From positions 1-64,000 of the forward strand of contig JBBDYJ010000041.1 in assembly GCA_040901675.1 (NCBI GenBank): a DNA stretch of 64,000 nucleotides, written 5' to 3'. The notes beneath the pieces were generated by a model. It had not been told where the DNA came from, did not search any database, and was given only the letters and a program-made list of their open reading frames with translations. Below, piece by piece: positions 62,197 to 64,000 of this stretch (its first letter is position 1; every line of letters starts with the position of its first letter). The DNA comes from Pirellulales bacterium. Lineage in GTDB: Bacteria > Planctomycetota > Planctomycetia > Pirellulales > JAICIG01. The position numbers and the translations under genes were made by a program.

Positions 62197-64000
62197 GGCG
62201 GAGCCTCCTTGCGCTCGTTCACGAGCTCTGCTTCCCTCAAGCACGCGCCGGGCTGGATCATGCCGAAGCCCGCGTCGTTGGCCCACTCAAAGGAGTGCCC
62301 GGGCAGAGGCCGCGACGTCCGATGAATGATCCCTTCGATCTGGGCCGCCGTAAGCTGGGGCTGGCAGGCCAGCATCAAGCCGGCTACGCCCGCGACGAAA
62401 GGGGAAGCCATGCTGGTGCCGCTCATTGCAATCCAGAGATCGTCGGCGCCGGCGAAGCCGTTGGCGGCGACGATGTCAGTGCCCGGAGCGGCGACGTCGG
62501 GCTTGTTGCGGTTGTCGCGGGTGGGACCTTGGCTGCTGGTGATGTTGATGCGTTCGTCGAGCTCGTGCAGGTTGGCGACCGAGACGACGCGGCGCCCGCA
62601 GGCCAGCGAGCCCACGGAGGAGTCGTCGACGTGCGAGGATTCGCTGAAATACGAAGGGAAGGCCCAAGCTTCCTGGACAGCCAGGCGGCCCAGGCGACGC
62701 GGGTCGTCGCGCTCGATCCAGCCGTCATAGCGGCCGTCGCGCACGTCGAGGCCGTGCAGGCGCACCACCCACGTCCCCGAGGCAACGCCAATCACCCCGT
62801 GTCTGCCGAAGAACGGCGTCAGGTAGATGGAGATGTAATTGCTGCCGTTCGACGGATGGTACAGCTCGTTGTAGATGCTCAGGAAACTTTGGTTGCGCAA
62901 CTGGTGATTCTCGATGTACTGCCCGGGCTCGACCGGCCCGATCAGGTCGGCGCCTTGCCAGGGCGGCCGCACCGATACAGCGAAGCGGTCTTGGGCGCTG
63001 TACCAGATCTCCAGCTCGTTCTCGGAAACGTCGACGAAGCGATCGCCGATTACCTCCCACTCCAGGTCCTTGTGCAGGTGCCGGCCGGCGACCTCGCCGC
63101 TGGTGTGGATGCGGCCCATCACGAATCCAAGATCGCCGGGAAACGCGGCCACTTCCTGGCCGGCATTGCCGGCGGCCACGCAGACGCTGCGGCCAGGAAC
63201 CGACAGGCAGGAGTCGATCCAACGGCTGATTGCCGCCGTGCCATCGTGCGCGTGGCCGTTGGTTCCCAGGCTGATGTTGATCGAGATGGGCATATCCAGC
63301 TCATCGGCCAGGGCCAGCAGGTAGTCGACGGCGTGGGCGATGCGGGTGGAATCGGTGAACGTCTTGCGCCGGTTGGCATCTCCTTGGGGCAGCGAAATGA
63401 GCACCGCGGCAATCGTGGCTTTCCGGCACACGCCATGATTTCCGGCGGCGATGCTCGCCACGTGTGTTCCGTGGGAGCCGGGGGACATCTGGGACTGCTT
63501 TTCGATCTCATGCGGCGGCAAGCGCAGCTTGGCCGACGCAACGATCGCCTTGTTCAGATGCTCTTGCCGAAACTCCGCGCCGAAATCGAATTGCGGCCCG
63601 AAGCGCTTGCTATCCTGCTGATGCGGCGAGGGACGGGCATTGCCTCCCTGGTCCCAGATGCGAACGAAGCGCGTCTTCTTGCCGTCGAGAAAATCAGGAT
63701 GGGAAAAATCAAAACCCTGCACGTCGATAATGCCGATGAGCACACCCCGGCCTTCTCGATGCTGCTGCGACGAGCCGAACTTCCAGCGCGTAGTATCCGG
63801 TTCCTTGCCTCCGCCGGAAATCTGGGGCGTCGGTGTGGCAATCGGATCGCCGAGTTCAACGCTCAGAACGCGCGGGTCCTTGGCGATGCGCGGCAGCTCA
63901 TCGAGGGCGATCGTGGCAGCCACTACGTTTCCCCGCCTGGCCTGGCCCTCGAGTGCATCGGGCAGTCCGCCGGAGCGGTCCTGCGTTTCGACGAACACGT
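62193..64000 (-). CDS. S8 subtilase with internal beta-sandwich insertion (5' end outside the window)
   Basis: GIID (Asp), HGTHVASIAAG (His), AAGN (oxyanion), KPDVAAPG, SGTSMASP (Ser). Confidence 0.93.
   Translation of the reverse strand, partial: VFVETQDRSGGLPDALEGQARRGNVVAATIALDELPRIAKDPRVLSVELGDPIATPTPQISGGGKEPDTTRWKFGSSQQHREGRGVLIGIIDVQGFDFSHPDFLDGKKTRFVRIWDQGGNARPSPHQQDSKRFGPQFDFGAEFRQEHLNKAIVASAKLRLPPHEIEKQSQMSPGSHGTHVASIAAGNHGVCRKATIAAVLISLPQGDANRRKTFTDSTRIAHAVDYLLALADELDMPISINISLGTNGHAHDGTAAISRWIDSCLSVPGRSVCVAAGNAGQEVAAFPGDLGFVMGRIHTSGEVAGRHLHKDLEWEVIGDRFVDVSENELEIWYSAQDRFAVSVRPPWQGADLIGPVEPGQYIENHQLRNQSFLSIYNELYHPSNGSNYISIYLTPFFGRHGVIGVASGTWVVRLHGLDVRDGRYDGWIERDDPRRLGRLAVQEAWAFPSYFSESSHVDDSSVGSLACGRRVVSVANLHELDERINITSSQGPTRDNRNKPDVAAPGTDIVAANGFAGADDLWIAMSGTSMASPFVAGVAGLMLACQPQLTAAQIEGIIHRTSRPLPGHSFEWANDAGFGMIQPGACLREAELVNERKEAPP

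Overview
GC-rich bacterial window that looks planctomycetal (DUF1559 pilin-like gene, extended SecA, BlaI/BlaR1-M56 pair, GTAG-type REPs and pyrimidine-rich tandem repeats). The core backbone is metK, waaA, secA, nucleotide-sugar enzymes, ruvX, MBL hydrolases, a desaturase, an M20 peptidase and a complete nuoA-N complex I locus. That locus is split into nuoA-F and nuoG-N, each half preceded by a consensus Rex operator. Three accessory regions stand out. (1) About 3.8-15.4 kb: a cluster with a 12-Cys secreted protein carrying a signal peptide plus a double-glycine-type leader, a stand-alone membrane-anchored C39 peptidase, DUF1573, a LolA-like protein and lipid-linked glycosylation enzymes. (2) About 35.6-39.9 kb: an antisense island of toxin-antitoxin genes and gene remnants inside nuo, including a GNAT toxin with a chimeric AbrB/AtaR-like antitoxin. 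(3) About 51.6-64 kb: a defence-like region headed by an XRE-NACHT-HEAT-repeat protein fused to an MNT nucleotidyltransferase that overlaps a HEPN gene, followed by an S8 protease-MBL-GH13 operon. The NACHT-MNT/HEPN pair and the Cys-rich peptide cluster are the best candidates for undescribed systems. All family calls come from motif recognition by eye; no database searches were run.
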